Source of the DNA: Macrostomum lignano
Lineage: Eukaryota
Length of the DNA stretch: 64,000 nucleotides
Direction: 5' to 3'
Assembly: GCA_002269645.1 (NCBI GenBank)
Contig: NIVC01003423.1
Coordinates: 1 to 64,000 of the forward strand
Below are positions 11,360 to 23,905 of the stretch, piece after piece (within the stretch, counting starts at the first letter, position 1; each line of letters begins with the position of its first letter). Made by a program: the position numbers and the translations under genes. The notes beneath the pieces were generated by a model that had not been told where the DNA came from, made no database searches, and saw only the letters and a list, made by a program, of their open reading frames with translations.

Positions 11360-14300
11360 ATGGGCTGCGCTTGCGTTACTCAGGCCGCTTCGAACGGCGC
11401 TTCGTCTCGCCCGGCGCCAAGGACCGCTAAGCAGAATCTGGACGATCAAATCGGCGATTACCTTACGGAGTCACAGATTGGCCTGGTTAGAGAGACTTGG
11501 GCCATACTGTGCGATGACCTGCGTGGCGCTGGAGTGCTCATGTTTACCAGGTAAGGGAACAGGTATTTATCGCGATGGGTTGGGCATATTATTGGTCATA
11601 CGTAGCTATTATTAGTCATAGCTAGCATTGGTCATAGCAAGTATTGGTCATAGCCTAGTATTGGTCATAGCTAGTGTTGGTCATAGCAAGTATTGGTCAT
11701 AGCTAGTATTGGTCATAGCTAGTATTGGTCACAGCAAGTATTGGTCATAGCAAGTATTGGTCATAGCTAGTATTGGTCATAGCTAGTATTGGTCATAGCC
11801 TAGTATTGGTCATAGCCTAGTATTGGTCATAGCTAGTATTGGTCATAGCTAGCTCGTACTATTGGTCACAGCTGGGTGCACGGGAAGGTTAACAGCACAT
11901 TTATTGCTCGCTAGTAGTATTCAGATGTTTTGAGATGGCATGAGCACAATGCTATTATTCCTGATGTATCCCTGCAAGCAGGATTGGATTCCTGCATGAA
12001 CGGAGGCAGTTTTATTGCACCGCACACTCATGCGTTACTTGACACCTCTTCTATTCGCTTTGTGAGCTCGGATCGCTGGAATTTGCTTCTGAAAAGGAAT
12101 TTCAGTAGCTTTTTAAAAAAACCAATATTCCTAAAACAATAGATTTCTTACTGTGATCGAGCTATCTTACAAAAAATTCAAAATTTATTGTCTTACCATT
12201 TATGAAGTCAAGTGAATTTTCCACGAAATTTTACGGTTTAGTGCTTAAACTGCATGAGTGTTTTCATGAACTTTTTTATAAAGTTTGAAGTTTCTTGTTA
12301 AATATGAGGAATTATTTGTTTAAAAAGGCAATGCTAATATCTTTTTAAATTAACACTCAACCTCCGTGTATGTAACAGGTATCTAACAGATGCCATCAGT
12401 GTGTAAAAAGGTGTCTAACAGGTAGCATTCATCCATTTATTTTCATCGAACACCAAAACAAGGCTATTTCAAACTGACCGGGACGTGAGGGACCTGTTCT
12501 ACAGACTGATGGCTGCAGACCCCAGCCGTCAATCAAGCGGCAGAGACGCGGGCAAATTCGATCGAGAAAAGGTAGAAAGACACGGAATTGCAGTGATGCA
12601 ATCGCTGGGAGCTGCTGTCGACTGCCTGGATGACACCCTGATGCTCAACTCCGTGCTGCTGTCACTTGGCGGGGCGCATCAGGCCTTCCATGTGCGACCG
12701 GAGTACATCATGGTGAGCTGAGCCGGCTGGGGATATAGCGGACTTGTACAGATCCTGATAGATAGGTATGTAGTCAGCATCTTCATCCTGCTCAGCATCT
12801 TCATCCTGCTCAGCATCTTCATCCTGCTCAGCATCTTCATCCTGCTCAGCATCTTCATCCTGCTCAGCATCTTCATCCTGCTCAGCATCTTCATCCTGCT
12901 CAGCATCTTCATCCTGCTCAGCATCTTCATCCTGCTCAGCATCTTCATCCTGCTCAGCATCTTCATCCTGCTCAGCATCTTCATCCTGCTCAGCATCTTC
13001 ATCCTGCTCAGCATCTTCATCCTGCTCAGCATCTTCATCCTGCTCAGCATCTTCATCCTGCTCAGCATCTTCATCCTGCTCAGCATCTTCATCCTGCTCA
13101 GCATCTTCATCCTGCTCAGCATCTTCATCCTGCTCAGCATCTTCATCCTGCTCAGCATCTTCATCCTGCTCAGCATCTTCATCCTGCTCAGCATCTTCAT
13201 CCTGCTCAGCATCTTCATCCTGCTCAGCATCTTCATCCTGCTCAGCATCTTCATCCTGCTCAGCATCTTCATCCTGCTCAGCATCTTCATCCTGCTCAGC
13301 ATCTTCATCCTGCTCAGCATCTTCATCCTGCTCAGCATCTTCATCCTGCTCAGCATCTTCATCCTGCTCAGCATCTTCATCCTGCTCAGCATCTTCATCC
13401 TGCTCAGCATCTTCATCCTGCTCAGCATCTTCATCCTGCTCAGCATCTTCATCCTGCTCAGCATCTTCATCCTGCTCAGCATCTTCATCCTGCTCAGCAT
13501 CTTCATCCTGCTCAGCATCTTCATCCTGCTCAGCATCTTCATCCTGCTCAGCATCTTCATCCTGCTCAGCATCTTCATCCTGCTCAGCATCTTTATCCTG
13601 CTCAGCATCTTCATCCTGCTCAGCATCTTCATCCTGCTCAGCATCTTCATCCTGCTCAGCATCTTCATCCTGCTCAGCATCTTCATCCTGCTCAGCATCT
13701 TCATCCTGCTCAGCATCTTTATCCTGCTCAGCATCTTCATCCTACTCAGCATCTTCATCATCCTACTCAGCATCTTCATCATCCTTCTCAGCATCTTCAT
13801 CCTGCTCAGCATCTCCATTCTGCTCAGCGTCTTCATCATCCTTCTCAGCATCTTCATCCTGCTCAGCAGCTTCATCCTACTCAGCATCTCCATTCTGCTC
13901 AGCATCCTCATCGTGCTCAGCATCTTCATCCTGCTCAGCATCTTCATCCTGCTCAGCATCTTCATCCTGCTCAGCATCTTTATCCTGCTCAGCATCTTCA
14001 TCCTGCTCAGCATCTTCATCCTGCTCAGCATCTTTATCCTGCTCAGCATCTTCATCCTGCTCAGCATCTTCATCCTGCTCAGCATCTTCATCCTGCTCAG
14101 CATCTTTATCCTACTCAGCATCTTCATCCTACTCAGCATCTTCATCATCCTACTCAGCATCTTCATCATCCTTCTCAGCATCTTTATCCTGCTCAGCATC
14201 TTCATCCTGCTCAGCATCTTCATCCTGCTCAGCATCTTCATCCTGCTCAGCATCTTCATCCTGCTCAGCATCTTTATCCTACTCAGCATCTTCATCCTAC

Positions 14301-16157
14301 TCAGCATCTTCATCATCCTACTCAGCATCTTCATCATCCTTCTCAGCATCTTCATCCTGCTCAGCAGCTTCATCCTACTCAGCATCTCCATTCTGCTCAG
14401 CATCCTCATCGTGCTCAGCATCTTCATCCTGCTCAGCATCTTCATCCTGCTCAGCATCTTCATCCTGCTCAGCATCTTTATCCTGCTCAGCATCTTCATC
14501 CTGCTCAGCATCTTCATCCTGCTCAGCATCTTTATCCTGCTCAGCATCTTCATCCTGCTCAGCATCTTCATCCTGCTCAGCATCTTCATCCTGCTCAGTA
14601 TCTTTATCCTACTCAGCATCTTCATCCTACTCAGCATCTTCATCATCCTACTCAGCATCTTCATCATCCTTCTCAGCATCTTCATCCTGCTCAGCATCTT
14701 TATCCTGCTCAGCATCTTCATCCTACTCAGCATCTTCATCATCCTACTCAGCATCTTCATCATCCTTCTCAGCATCTTCATCCTGCTCAGCATCTCCATT
14801 CTGCTCAGCGTCTTCTTCCTACTCAGCATCTTTATCCTATTCAGCATTTATATTATCCTACTGAGCATCCCCATCCAATCTAAAGCGCCTTTACCCGAGT
14901 CAGCAAGATAACCTCGAAAGCACACAGAATTTGGATACTAATCTTCCTTCTAATTGACGTTAAGAAGCTGAAAATTTGATGAGCTCATCAGAAATGCCTT
15001 CCCAGGCTACAAATTAATCATTTTTTCGACAAACAGCATTCCGGTTGCATTAGTTGCCGTTTGAAAATGGATTATTTTTACTGAATTACACTCGCTAAGA
15101 TCCCTTTTTAAAGCTTTCGAGCCTGCTGTTTTCTATAGGAAATGAATTGAATGGTCTCTGCTGAAAGCACGGAAATGCAATCAATTAATGCAACAAAATG
15201 GATAATGGAAATTGATAATGGAAAAATTCAAATCAGCTTTGAGAACAAAATTTCGGTTCACTTGAAGGTCTTCAATATTGATATAACTCGTACTGGAGTT
15301 CGCGAAGCAAGCGTACATGGCTTACTCATAGCTTATAATAGACCAATGGATAACATGGACTATTAAATTTTGATAATTTGGACTGGAAGCAAAACTAATT
15401 TACAAAGCGGTTCTTCTTTGCGGCTTTCTGATTAAAATTTCAACCACTTTTAGCGCACAAGATAGCAGATGAAATTACAGAAGTCAAATCTGACGCTCAT
15501 AAACTGAATATTCAGCTAGAAATGAACGGAAAGAACTTTTTAAAATTATTATTTGATATTTTTCTCTGCATAATGAAAGATTATCCAATCCTTCACTGAG
15601 TCAAAGAATCTCTTTGCAATTGAATTGAATCATTCAATTCAATAAGTCTTGCATGCAAAAGAAAGATAGCTTCAGCAACCGCGCCGCCCCCATCGGCACC
15701 TTCATTGGCGCCTTTCTTAGCGCCTCTCTCCTCATTGGCGCCTTTCTTAGCGCCTTTCCCCTTATTGGTGCCTTTGTCAGCGCCTTTCTCCTCTTGGCAT
15801 CTCTGACAGCCTCTTTCCAATTAAAATCTTACAACCCTGACTGCATCAACGTAGCGAATGACAGCCCCTAGACGCTACTCACGTGACCTCAAACACTTAT
15901 TTGCACGTATTTAAAACAAATTTACGTCACCATGCAACCCCAATTTCAATGACCAGCGCCTCTGGCCCGCTGTCAGCTTCGCGCTGAGGGAACGACTGGC
16001 TGACTGCTACACAGCTTCCGTTGATAGGGCGTGGCGCGAGGTTTTCCGGTACATTGCTGGCAAAATGGAGGCCGGAATACGACTGCAGCAGCAGCAGCAA
16101 CAGCAGCAGAGGTCAGAGTCCAGTTCCGGTCCCTTAGCAACTTTGCACACAGTCTAA
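11360..16157 (+). CDS. Globin (globin X-like, N-terminally acylated); join(11360..11550,12463..12712,15957..16157), 213 aa
   Basis: N-terminus MGCAC. A/B helices YLTESQIGLVRETW...GVLMFTRLF; CD1 Phe (RDLF); distal His (VERHGIAVM); proximal His (LGGAHQAF); G/H helices RLWPAVSFALRERL..YT..VDRAWREVFRYIAGKM. GT-AG introns at the conserved B12.2 and G7.0 positions keep the frame. Confidence 0.93.
11585..11875. repeat. Intronic minisatellite, ~16-bp unit ATTGGTCATAGCTAGT
   Basis: Tandem units within globin intron 1. Confidence 0.9.
12775..14870. repeat. Intronic 18-bp satellite CAGCATCTTCATCCTGCT (~2.1 kb, >100 units)
   Basis: Perfect units to ~13590, then variant units with higher-order duplication. 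Lies in globin intron 2. Confidence 0.97.
15690..15815. repeat. Short ~30-bp degenerate tandem repeat (ATTGGCGCCTTTCTTAGCGCC...)
   Basis: About 4 imperfect units. Confidence 0.65.
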
Positions 16158-16890
16158 GATGTAGTATTGGATGGACTCCATCTATCATGAAAGTTATTTC
16201 TTTGAGTTACACGTATAGTTATTTGCTACATTTTTACTAGAGCATTGTTGACCTAAATGCGTCTGATCGTCTCTCTAATGGGCTAGATAGCTATAGTATG
16301 ACAATATTTCCTTTCATAAGTCTCTTTCGCTGCGGCTGTGGCTAAGAACCCATGGCATAACTATATAGACAACTGCAGTTTCGATTTATCTTTACAAGTT
16401 TAACGACGTATATTTTAGCATTGAAGAGATTAATGCTAGAGGCCGTTCCATTGATTTTTTGTCGACATGTTAGCTGAAAATTTGCATCATTTTCGAGTAC
16501 TACCTTCTCCTTACTGTCAGAAGTGAGGTCTTTTAATTAAACCAAGAAACCTCGCCGAATCTTAGTAGCTACGACATGCACCTGCCTAAAATAGGGCGAT
16601 AGTCGGCTCGAAAATGGCAGCGATGAGGCGAGCAGTCGCTGAACAACGAGCTCTTGACCGAAAATAAGTGACCGAAATTAAATACGGTAATGTGATCAAG
16701 CACGCAATCGAATCTCACACAGAAACCAAAATAACGATTTCAAGAACAAAAATGCGCTCGTCTGCTTTTTTCAGAAGCAATTAATGTTTTTTGCCTTTAT
16801 AATAGTACAATTAGAAATCTATTAGATTTAACAGAGATATACACGTTTTTGAAGCTGCACAACTATCGCCTCTGGCTTTCTACAAGCAAA

Positions 16891-17150
16891 CTGAGTTTCG
16901 TCCGTCTGACTTTGACCTCTCTCCTTACTTCTCTCTCATTGGCTGGGCTAGATTGGGCCTGCCCCCTAGACTGAGTTTCGTCCATCTTACTTTGACCTCT
17001 CTCCTTACTGCTCTCTCATTGCATGGCTGGTCCAGATTGGGCCTGCCCCCTAGACTGAGTTTCGTCCGTCTGACTTTGACCTCTCTCCTTACTGCTCTCT
17101 CATTGGCTGAGCTACGAGCTAGATTAGGTCTGCCCTCTAGGCTAAGTTTT
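16891..17150. repeat. ~80-87-bp tandem repeat, ~3 copies
   Basis: Units start CTGAGTTTCGTCC at 16891, 16971 and 17055, with a degenerate start at ~17142. Confidence 0.85.
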
Positions 17151-18549
17151 GTCCGTATTGCGTTCACTTGTGTGCATTTAGTTACACGCTTGTTGTTTTT
17201 TAATGTGCTCCTAAAGCCACAAGCCCCGAGGAAGGAGGAAATTTTAGCTGCCACATTAAATTTATGTGACACTGCGCAGACAAACTACTGGAAAAGAGTA
17301 GACGTTCTGCTTTTTCACAACTTTAAGTGCTGCGCGACATTTCTAGTTTTTCTGGAATCTGTGATCGGACCCGGATACTTTAGCGCTACAATCTGACACG
17401 TTACGAGCTAACCACTGTCATACATTGCCCTGCCCTCCCCCCGAAGCACAGCATGCACACTAGGCTATAAACCACGAATTAAACTGCTTGCATGACACGC
17501 CTACTAACATAGTCGATCTTTATAAATGGATTTTAAGGCTTTAGATGGGATTATGTTTGTTTGTTGATGCAACGAAGGATTTAGTAATTAATTACACAGA
17601 AAAGCTTCTTTCTATTCCTGACCGTTACTGCTAGGCTCTAGTTCTATTTTCTTGCTTTTTTCTGGTCTGTCCCTCTGTCTTCTGTCTGCCTGTCAGGTTA
17701 ATGAAAATCGTTGAAATGAAAAATGATAATCGTTTAAAAGGCGTATCACTATTGATTTTTTGTACCTTTGATATGTCCACCTGTTAGTAGAAGGACACTA
17801 CACTCGGGTTTTCTTAGAAATGATCTGGAGCCTGGCAGGGAAGGAATATTGTCATATCGCTGGTGCGTATTTAGCATATGCAGTTCTCGAAAAGTGGGCT
17901 TTGTATCGGTGTAGTTTTCTTTATTGGAGAAACCTCATTCAGCACTTTGCGATCTCTTACAGTTCCGTACTGCATGGCCCCAGCTCATTTCTAAGAAAAT
18001 CAAGAGCGATTCCGTCTACTTCGTTTATGTTGCTACTGTAAGTAGTGTGTAAGACTTTATTTATATAAATATTATTCTACTAATCTAAAAAATATGTCTC
18101 ATGTCTTCAAAACTACTGTTTTCAAGTCTAGCGCGTCTAAATGTACATCTATTTTAAAATTCCTGTTGGCAATACTTTTTTCTAGAATATAATTACAGAA
18201 AGTGTACTGTCTTGATGTTCTTTTGCCAATTATCTTTTGAGTATAGTTAACACGAATTCTTACTTTTCAAATAGTAATTATTTTGTCAAAACTATATATT
18301 ATAACATGTGCAAATGAAATTAAAGTTGCAATGAAAATCTGAAATTTCATGAAAAATCTGTGATCAGTGGCTTTAGCAGGCAACATTGAAAAAAGCAAAT
18401 AGGCATTTTTGTCTGTCATTTTTTTTACTTTTAAAGAATTATAGTATACATTTACTTGTAGAATTATCGTATTGTACATTTCTCAGTTCGTAACGGAGTG
18501 ATAAATTTCCATTCCAATCAGTTCAGCAGGTTCAAGTCGAGCACACCGT

Positions 18550-19446
18550 CTATGCCTGCAGAGAGTCGGGATCTGTCATCCGTTTGCCCATCAGCTCCTC
18601 TTCAAAGTCGCACAGTTGCTGCACGAAGCCGCTGTTCAGGAAAAAATAACTGTGACACCGTCTCAGGTCCGTCCAGGCCTCCTTCAGGCTCAGATCGAAT
18701 TGGGACATGAGGAAGGCCAGGATGTACACCGGGCTGCAGGACACTCCGTCGTCGCAGTAGACCAAAGTCGGCTTGACGATCCCGTCGTTGATCTGCTGGC
18801 CAATGAATGCGGCAGCCATGGCGAAGTAGTCTTTGACTTGGCAATCTACTAAATTCTTTGTTGGCAGCAGGAGCAGTTCGTGGCCGAGCTTTTCGATCAT
18901 GGGATTCTCCTCGTTAGTGCATTTCACATGGGCCTTGATTTTTAGATCCTTCATCACGTGTGGCAGACTCGCCTGAGCCAGGCTACCCAGGTAGAGTTTA
19001 CCGGGAACTACTTCGTAGGGATATGGTTGGCGACTATCCAATTCCTGTGGCATAAAGATGATTTTCTGGGTCCTCAAGAATGGGTAGAGAGCCGAGAAAC
19101 GCTCATAACCACCGGTGACGATTTGCACAGGGTTCTTGCTTCCATTGTTTGCCATCAACTTTGCACAGCGAACAGCGTTGCTATCCTCGTCCAGATCTGA
19201 CGTGTTTCCATCGTAAACAACTACGTTCTCTTTACATTCTAGTTCAGCATCATAGGGTAGCTTGAAATCATTGCTTTGCTCGTCTAACTTAACAAATTTT
19301 CCTAGAACGACGTGACTTTCGTTGTACTCCTCCCGGGTGCGGCAATCCAAGAGAAGAAGATAGTTTGTGTTTGATGTATTGGGATATTCAGAATGGTGGC
19401 TTAGGTAGTTGTACAAAACGGTTGGCTCGATGAAAGTAAGTGCCAT
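18550..19446 (-). CDS. STYXL1: Serine/threonine/tyrosine-interacting-like protein 1 (MK-STYX): rhodanese/CH2 plus dual-specificity pseudophosphatase, 298 aa
   Basis: N-terminus MALTFIEPTVLYNYL...NYLLLLDCRTREEYNESHV closely matches the STYXL1 N-terminus. Also GGYERFSALYPFLRT and DSP domain PYEVVPGKLYLGS. P-loop reads VYCDDGVSCS (no Arg). A splice acceptor lies just upstream of ATG 19446. Confidence 0.9.
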   Translation of the reverse strand: MALTFIEPTVLYNYLSHHSEYPNTSNTNYLLLLDCRTREEYNESHVVLGKFVKLDEQSNDFKLPYDAELECKENVVVYDGNTSDLDEDSNAVRCAKLMANNGSKNPVQIVTGGYERFSALYPFLRTQKIIFMPQELDSRQPYPYEVVPGKLYLGSLAQASLPHVMKDLKIKAHVKCTNEENPMIEKLGHELLLLPTKNLVDCQVKDYFAMAAAFIGQQINDGIVKPTLVYCDDGVSCSPVYILAFLMSQFDLSLKEAWTDLRRCHSYFFLNSGFVQQLCDFEEELMGKRMTDPDSLQA

Positions 19447-21096
19447 GCTCAAAATTAGCACTGAAATTGGTATAAGGACTTGAGCAATAGCTATAGCCTA
19501 GCAATAATCTAGATATTTTAACTTAAAACTGTGAAAAAGCTCCATAGATGCAAAGTAACATTTTTATTGTAAAAACTAAAATCACCATTTTATACACCTA
19601 TTTTTAGTACGGAAATTTTGGTTAGTTCATACAGCATTCTTCTGTGTTAACTAAAATATTCTGCTTAACTTGTTTTAATTATTAGTAACTTTGAGTAAAA
19701 TTTTGCGGATATTTAAAGTTATAAAAAGTATATAAAATTTCGGCCCGTGACGCGCGCGCGCGGTCGCGCGTTTCTTCAATGTAACTTATGTATTTTCATT
19801 AAATGCTTTCATTTTAAGTTTTAATTCTGAAGAAAAAATTATTACCTTTAAAATATTAACCTACAGCTAGAGCTAGATTTTTGTATCTAAACTGTAATTT
19901 CTTTTAGTTTTAGTTAGGCCAACATGTTTTCTGGTATCAAAATCGCAATGATGCAAATTGTTTTTTTAGTTTCTAAAAAACAAATTTTTATAAATTTTGT
20001 TATAAAATATTATATTCTTTCAAACAGTCCTTGGTTGAAAATTCTTGCAAATTTCGGTCAAAATCCCGACACAAAGCAAGTAGGCCTAGTCATGTTCCAT
20101 TTGCATAATAAGCAGCAGGGAGCCTATCAATTTTTTTGTTTAGGCCTACCACTGCATGCTAGGCCTAGGCCCCTAGCATGTTGCATGCTCACAATCAATG
20201 CTATAGACATCTTCAAAATGATAGATTTTCAATTCAAAGTATCAACACCACATTTCTCCATTTATCTATCCAAAATGTCAATGACCAATGCATTGAAGCT
20301 AGTGGCTAATTCCCCTCTAAGTCTAGTCTGCAGGTGCTCATTCTATACTATTTAGATATATGTGAATGTTATGATATCACTTCTAATATGGTAGTAGTTA
20401 TATAATATGGTAGTCTATAGATAGGCCAGACAAAATTCCTATGACAATAAAGTCAATAAATATAGGCCTATATATATATTTTTAATATTTTAAATTTAAG
20501 AATAATGCGATACTATGGCCATGGGCTATGGCGTTATGTTAATAATGCTTCAATTTTTCAATATTGTTATCATAGACCTACCTCTATATCTATACGACTA
20601 AACTATTACAAAATGAAAACATTGTAATTTATATAATCTTTATAATTGTAGACCTATATTCTATAAAATATTTATAATGTCAAAGACAATGATAAAAAAT
20701 GACTTTATTTTTAATCCTAATAAAAGCTTAATAAAAATTGAATAATTACAAAATAATAAGCATAACCTAATAAGGGTAGAGTAGTATTAACATTTTATCT
20801 ATATAGTTTTATCATATCCTTACCATATTAGAGGTCTTTTTAAGTCTATTATATATTTAAGTACATTAAGAGGCAAAACAACTGCTTCTTAAATTTCTAT
20901 TGTATATTTTATAGTCATTCTATAAGTAGTTGCTTATATAGCAATATAGCAATAACTATGAAAACCTAGAGTTAAAGCTTTAAACTGCTAAATTTATTGT
21001 AGGTAGCATAGTATTCCATGGTTGTAGCTATAATTATAGTGAAATAAAATAATAAAAAAACCAACGCAATATTTAATTGCATGGGCCTAGACTCAA

Positions 21097-22516
21097 ATGC
21101 AGGCTTCATTCGAGCAGAGCCAAGAAGACTTTTGCAGCAGCTTCAGCAATGACGATTGGTCTCTAATTGGTAGTTTGACAGATTCACCTCTGGTTGCACC
21201 TGCCCCAGTTGCCACTGACTTTGCCCTGGTGCCTGCTAGCCAAGCAGCAGATGCTGCTACTATGCACAGGCCTGACAATTGGCCTGATGCAATGAACCTA
21301 AAGCGCCAAGCCAGTCAGAGCATTGATGAGGCAGCCTCAGTCTCAGCTAGCACTGCTTCTGGTGGAGATAGTGTTCCAAAAAAGAAGAAAAAGAAGGTGA
21401 GGTCGATTTTTAGTTTCCTAATTAAGCAATAACAGTCTTAACTGTTTCTTTTGAGTGTTTCTTTCTACATAAAAAGTGAAAAGGCCTTATTCACTAAAAA
21501 TCAAGTAAAATTTATGATTATGTAGTCTTCAACAAAGTAGCAAAGACTAACCATTGTGTGTGTTTATAGAAAAGGCAAGTTGCCGATATGTATCGAAAAT
21601 AGTTTTCAATAAAGTAGCAAAGACTTACCATTGTGTTTATAAAGAAAAAGTCAAGTTGCCGATATGTATCGAAAAGAGATTTGGGTTAAGTAAATAAGAA
21701 GATCAAAAGATTATGATTAAATGAAAGTCTAATTGCCTGGCCGATATGTATCGAAAATAACTTTCCGAAGCATGTTTTACTAAGCAGTTTAACGATTTTG
21801 TTTAAATCTAGACCAAAGCTGGCAACGTTGGCACCGCCGACGGCGGCGACCTGTCTGGCTCACTGGGTGCCGACAACGACGACGATGACAGCGTCAGCAG
21901 CAGCGGTGGCGCGGACAGTCGGCATAATCAGCGGTTCACCGAGCAGCAACGGGCGGCGCTCGAGTCGGTTTATTCGGCTGCCAAATACCAGACGCCGGCT
22001 GATCGGGCTAAGCTGGCCAGCCGGCTAGGCGTGGCAGCCAATCGCGTGGCCGCTTGGTTCCAGCGTCGTCGATGGCGCGACAGGCGACGCCTCAATTTGC
22101 AGGGCCGCCTGCCCGATTGGGTGCCGCCGCCGTCGAAGAAGTCGTTGAATAATGCTAAGAAGGCGGCTGCTGCTGCTGCGGCTGCGGCTGCGGCTGCTGC
22201 GGCTGCGGCTGCTGCGCCCAATTCAACTGCTGCTGATGCTGCGCCAATGCTGACAGGTGTACAGGACCCCGCCCTTGCGCCGCCGCCTCTGCCGCCGCCT
22301 CCGCCTCCGCAGCCGACTCTACCTCAGATGGTCGGCGCCGCTTCGCCCGCATTGATGCCGCACCAGCATCAGTATTCTGCGCTGCAAATGGACGGATACC
22401 CTCCCGGTCATGGAGTTGTTATTCAACACCAGCAGCAGCAGCAGCCTCCGCCACCTCCGCCTGCAGCTCGGGTGGCTCTGCCCCCCATCGCCACTCTGCT
22501 ATCTCTTTGGCAGTGA
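21097..22516 (+). CDS. Divergent homeobox protein; join(21097..21396,21812..22516), 334 aa; homeodomain 21914-22093
   Basis: Phase-0 GT-AG intron after PKKKKKK. Gap-free 60-aa homeodomain with F8, L16, Y20, Y25, L38, V45, W48, F49, Q50, R53, followed by poly-Ala/Pro/Gln tracts. The start codon is inferred. Confidence 0.85.
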
Positions 22517-22639
22517 AGCTGTAAAACTAAATCTTTACTTGACCAGGTTGTTTTCATTTTTTGTTTTTCTACTGTTTCTCAAATTTTTTTACGGTGCTGC
22601 AAGTATCAGCTGTGGATGTTTGGAATGTTGCATTCAACT

Positions 22640-22965
22640 GAGAGTTGGGGTGGGAAGTGTGGGGAATGAGAGTAGGGTGTGGGGAATGAGAGTAGGGTGG
22701 GTCCCATGAGAGTAGGGTGTGGGGAATGAGAGTAGGGTGTGGGGAATGAGAATAGGGTGGGTCCCATGAGAGTAGGGTGTGGGGAATGAGAGTAGGGTGT
22801 GGGGAATGAGAGTAGGGTGGGTCCCATGAGAGTAGGGTGTGGGTAATCAGAGTAGGGTATGAGGAATGAGAGTAGGGTGTGGGGAATGAGAGTAGGGTGT
22901 GGGGAATGAGACTAGGGTATGAGGAATGAGAGTAGGGTGTGGGGAATGAGAGTAGGGTGTGGGAA
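22640..22965. repeat. Minisatellite, 20-bp unit GAGAGTAGGGTGTGGGGAAT
   Basis: Tandem units with a periodic GGGTCCCAT variant. Confidence 0.9.
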
Positions 22966-23535
22966 AATCTAGAAACTTAATTTGGGAATGCTACTCTGCT
23001 GTTACAGCTTCAGCGCTGCATCACTCAAGCAAATTATTTCAATCATTTTTTCTCATAAATTGTTTTTTTAAAACACCGGATTTCTGTCAACAGTGTCGCC
23101 AATTTCAGTTATTTTCTGAAAACAGTCACACGTCACGCACTGGGCTGGTTTCCCAGCAAAGCAGAAGCGGAATGCTACGAACAGAACTAACCTGTTCAAA
23201 AACAATTTCTTCTTTCTTAGAAAGAGAACCAGCTTTCATTCCATTGGTGTTGTTTTTAAATTTTATGATTTTTTCGAGTCGCAGGCTTAAGGTAGTTTTG
23301 CGTTGCTCTGATTCGTCAATTTGTTTTACTACTGATGTGAACACCTGTTGACACGGTTGACACTTATAAGTTATACCTCACCAGTTGCTAAAGGGGCCGC
23401 TTCCCCTGCTGGGTGCGACTTGTGCAGGCGCTGTTTGTATCAGTATTGCTTTTTGAAAATTTGATCTGCTTTCCCGTCAGCGCAGTTCTTAACGCTTTTT
23501 TATGATCGTCATTGTGCTCTCATTCGATAAGGCTA

Positions 23536-23905
23536 GCTGAGAATCGCCCCTCAGAATAATCCCTGAGCTGAGAATCGCCCTCAGAATAATCTCTGAGCTA
23601 AGAATCACCCCTCAGGATAATCCCTGAGCTGAGAATCGCCCCTCAGGATAATCCCTGAGCTGAGAATCGCCCCTCAGGATAATCCCTGAGCTGAGAATCG
23701 CCCCTCAGGATAATCCCTGAGCTGAGAATCGCCCCTCAGGATAATCCCTGAGCTGAGAATCGCCCCTCAGGATAATCCCTGAGCTGAGAATCGCCCCTCA
23801 GGATAATCCCTGAGCTGAGAATCGCCCCTCAGGATAATCCCTGAGCTGAGAATCGCCCCTCAGGATAATCCCTGAGCTAGCTAATTGCCCTGAGAATCGC
23901 CTCTG
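23536..23905. repeat. Minisatellite, 31-bp unit GAGCTGAGAATCGCCCCTCAGGATAATCCCT, ~11 copies
   Basis: Near-perfect tandem units. Confidence 0.93.

Noticed and set aside
12679-14911. 722-aa and 332-aa ORFs (MLSRMK / ILLSIF repeats)
   Set aside because: Translations of a stop-free 18-bp satellite lying inside globin intron 2.
17820-18041. 73-aa ORF as an alternative globin exon 3
   Set aside because: No globin G/H features; 15957-16157 fits exactly.
23100-23520. Minus-strand ORF fragments (possible retroelement ORF1)
   Set aside because: Short, interrupted, and no recognisable motif.
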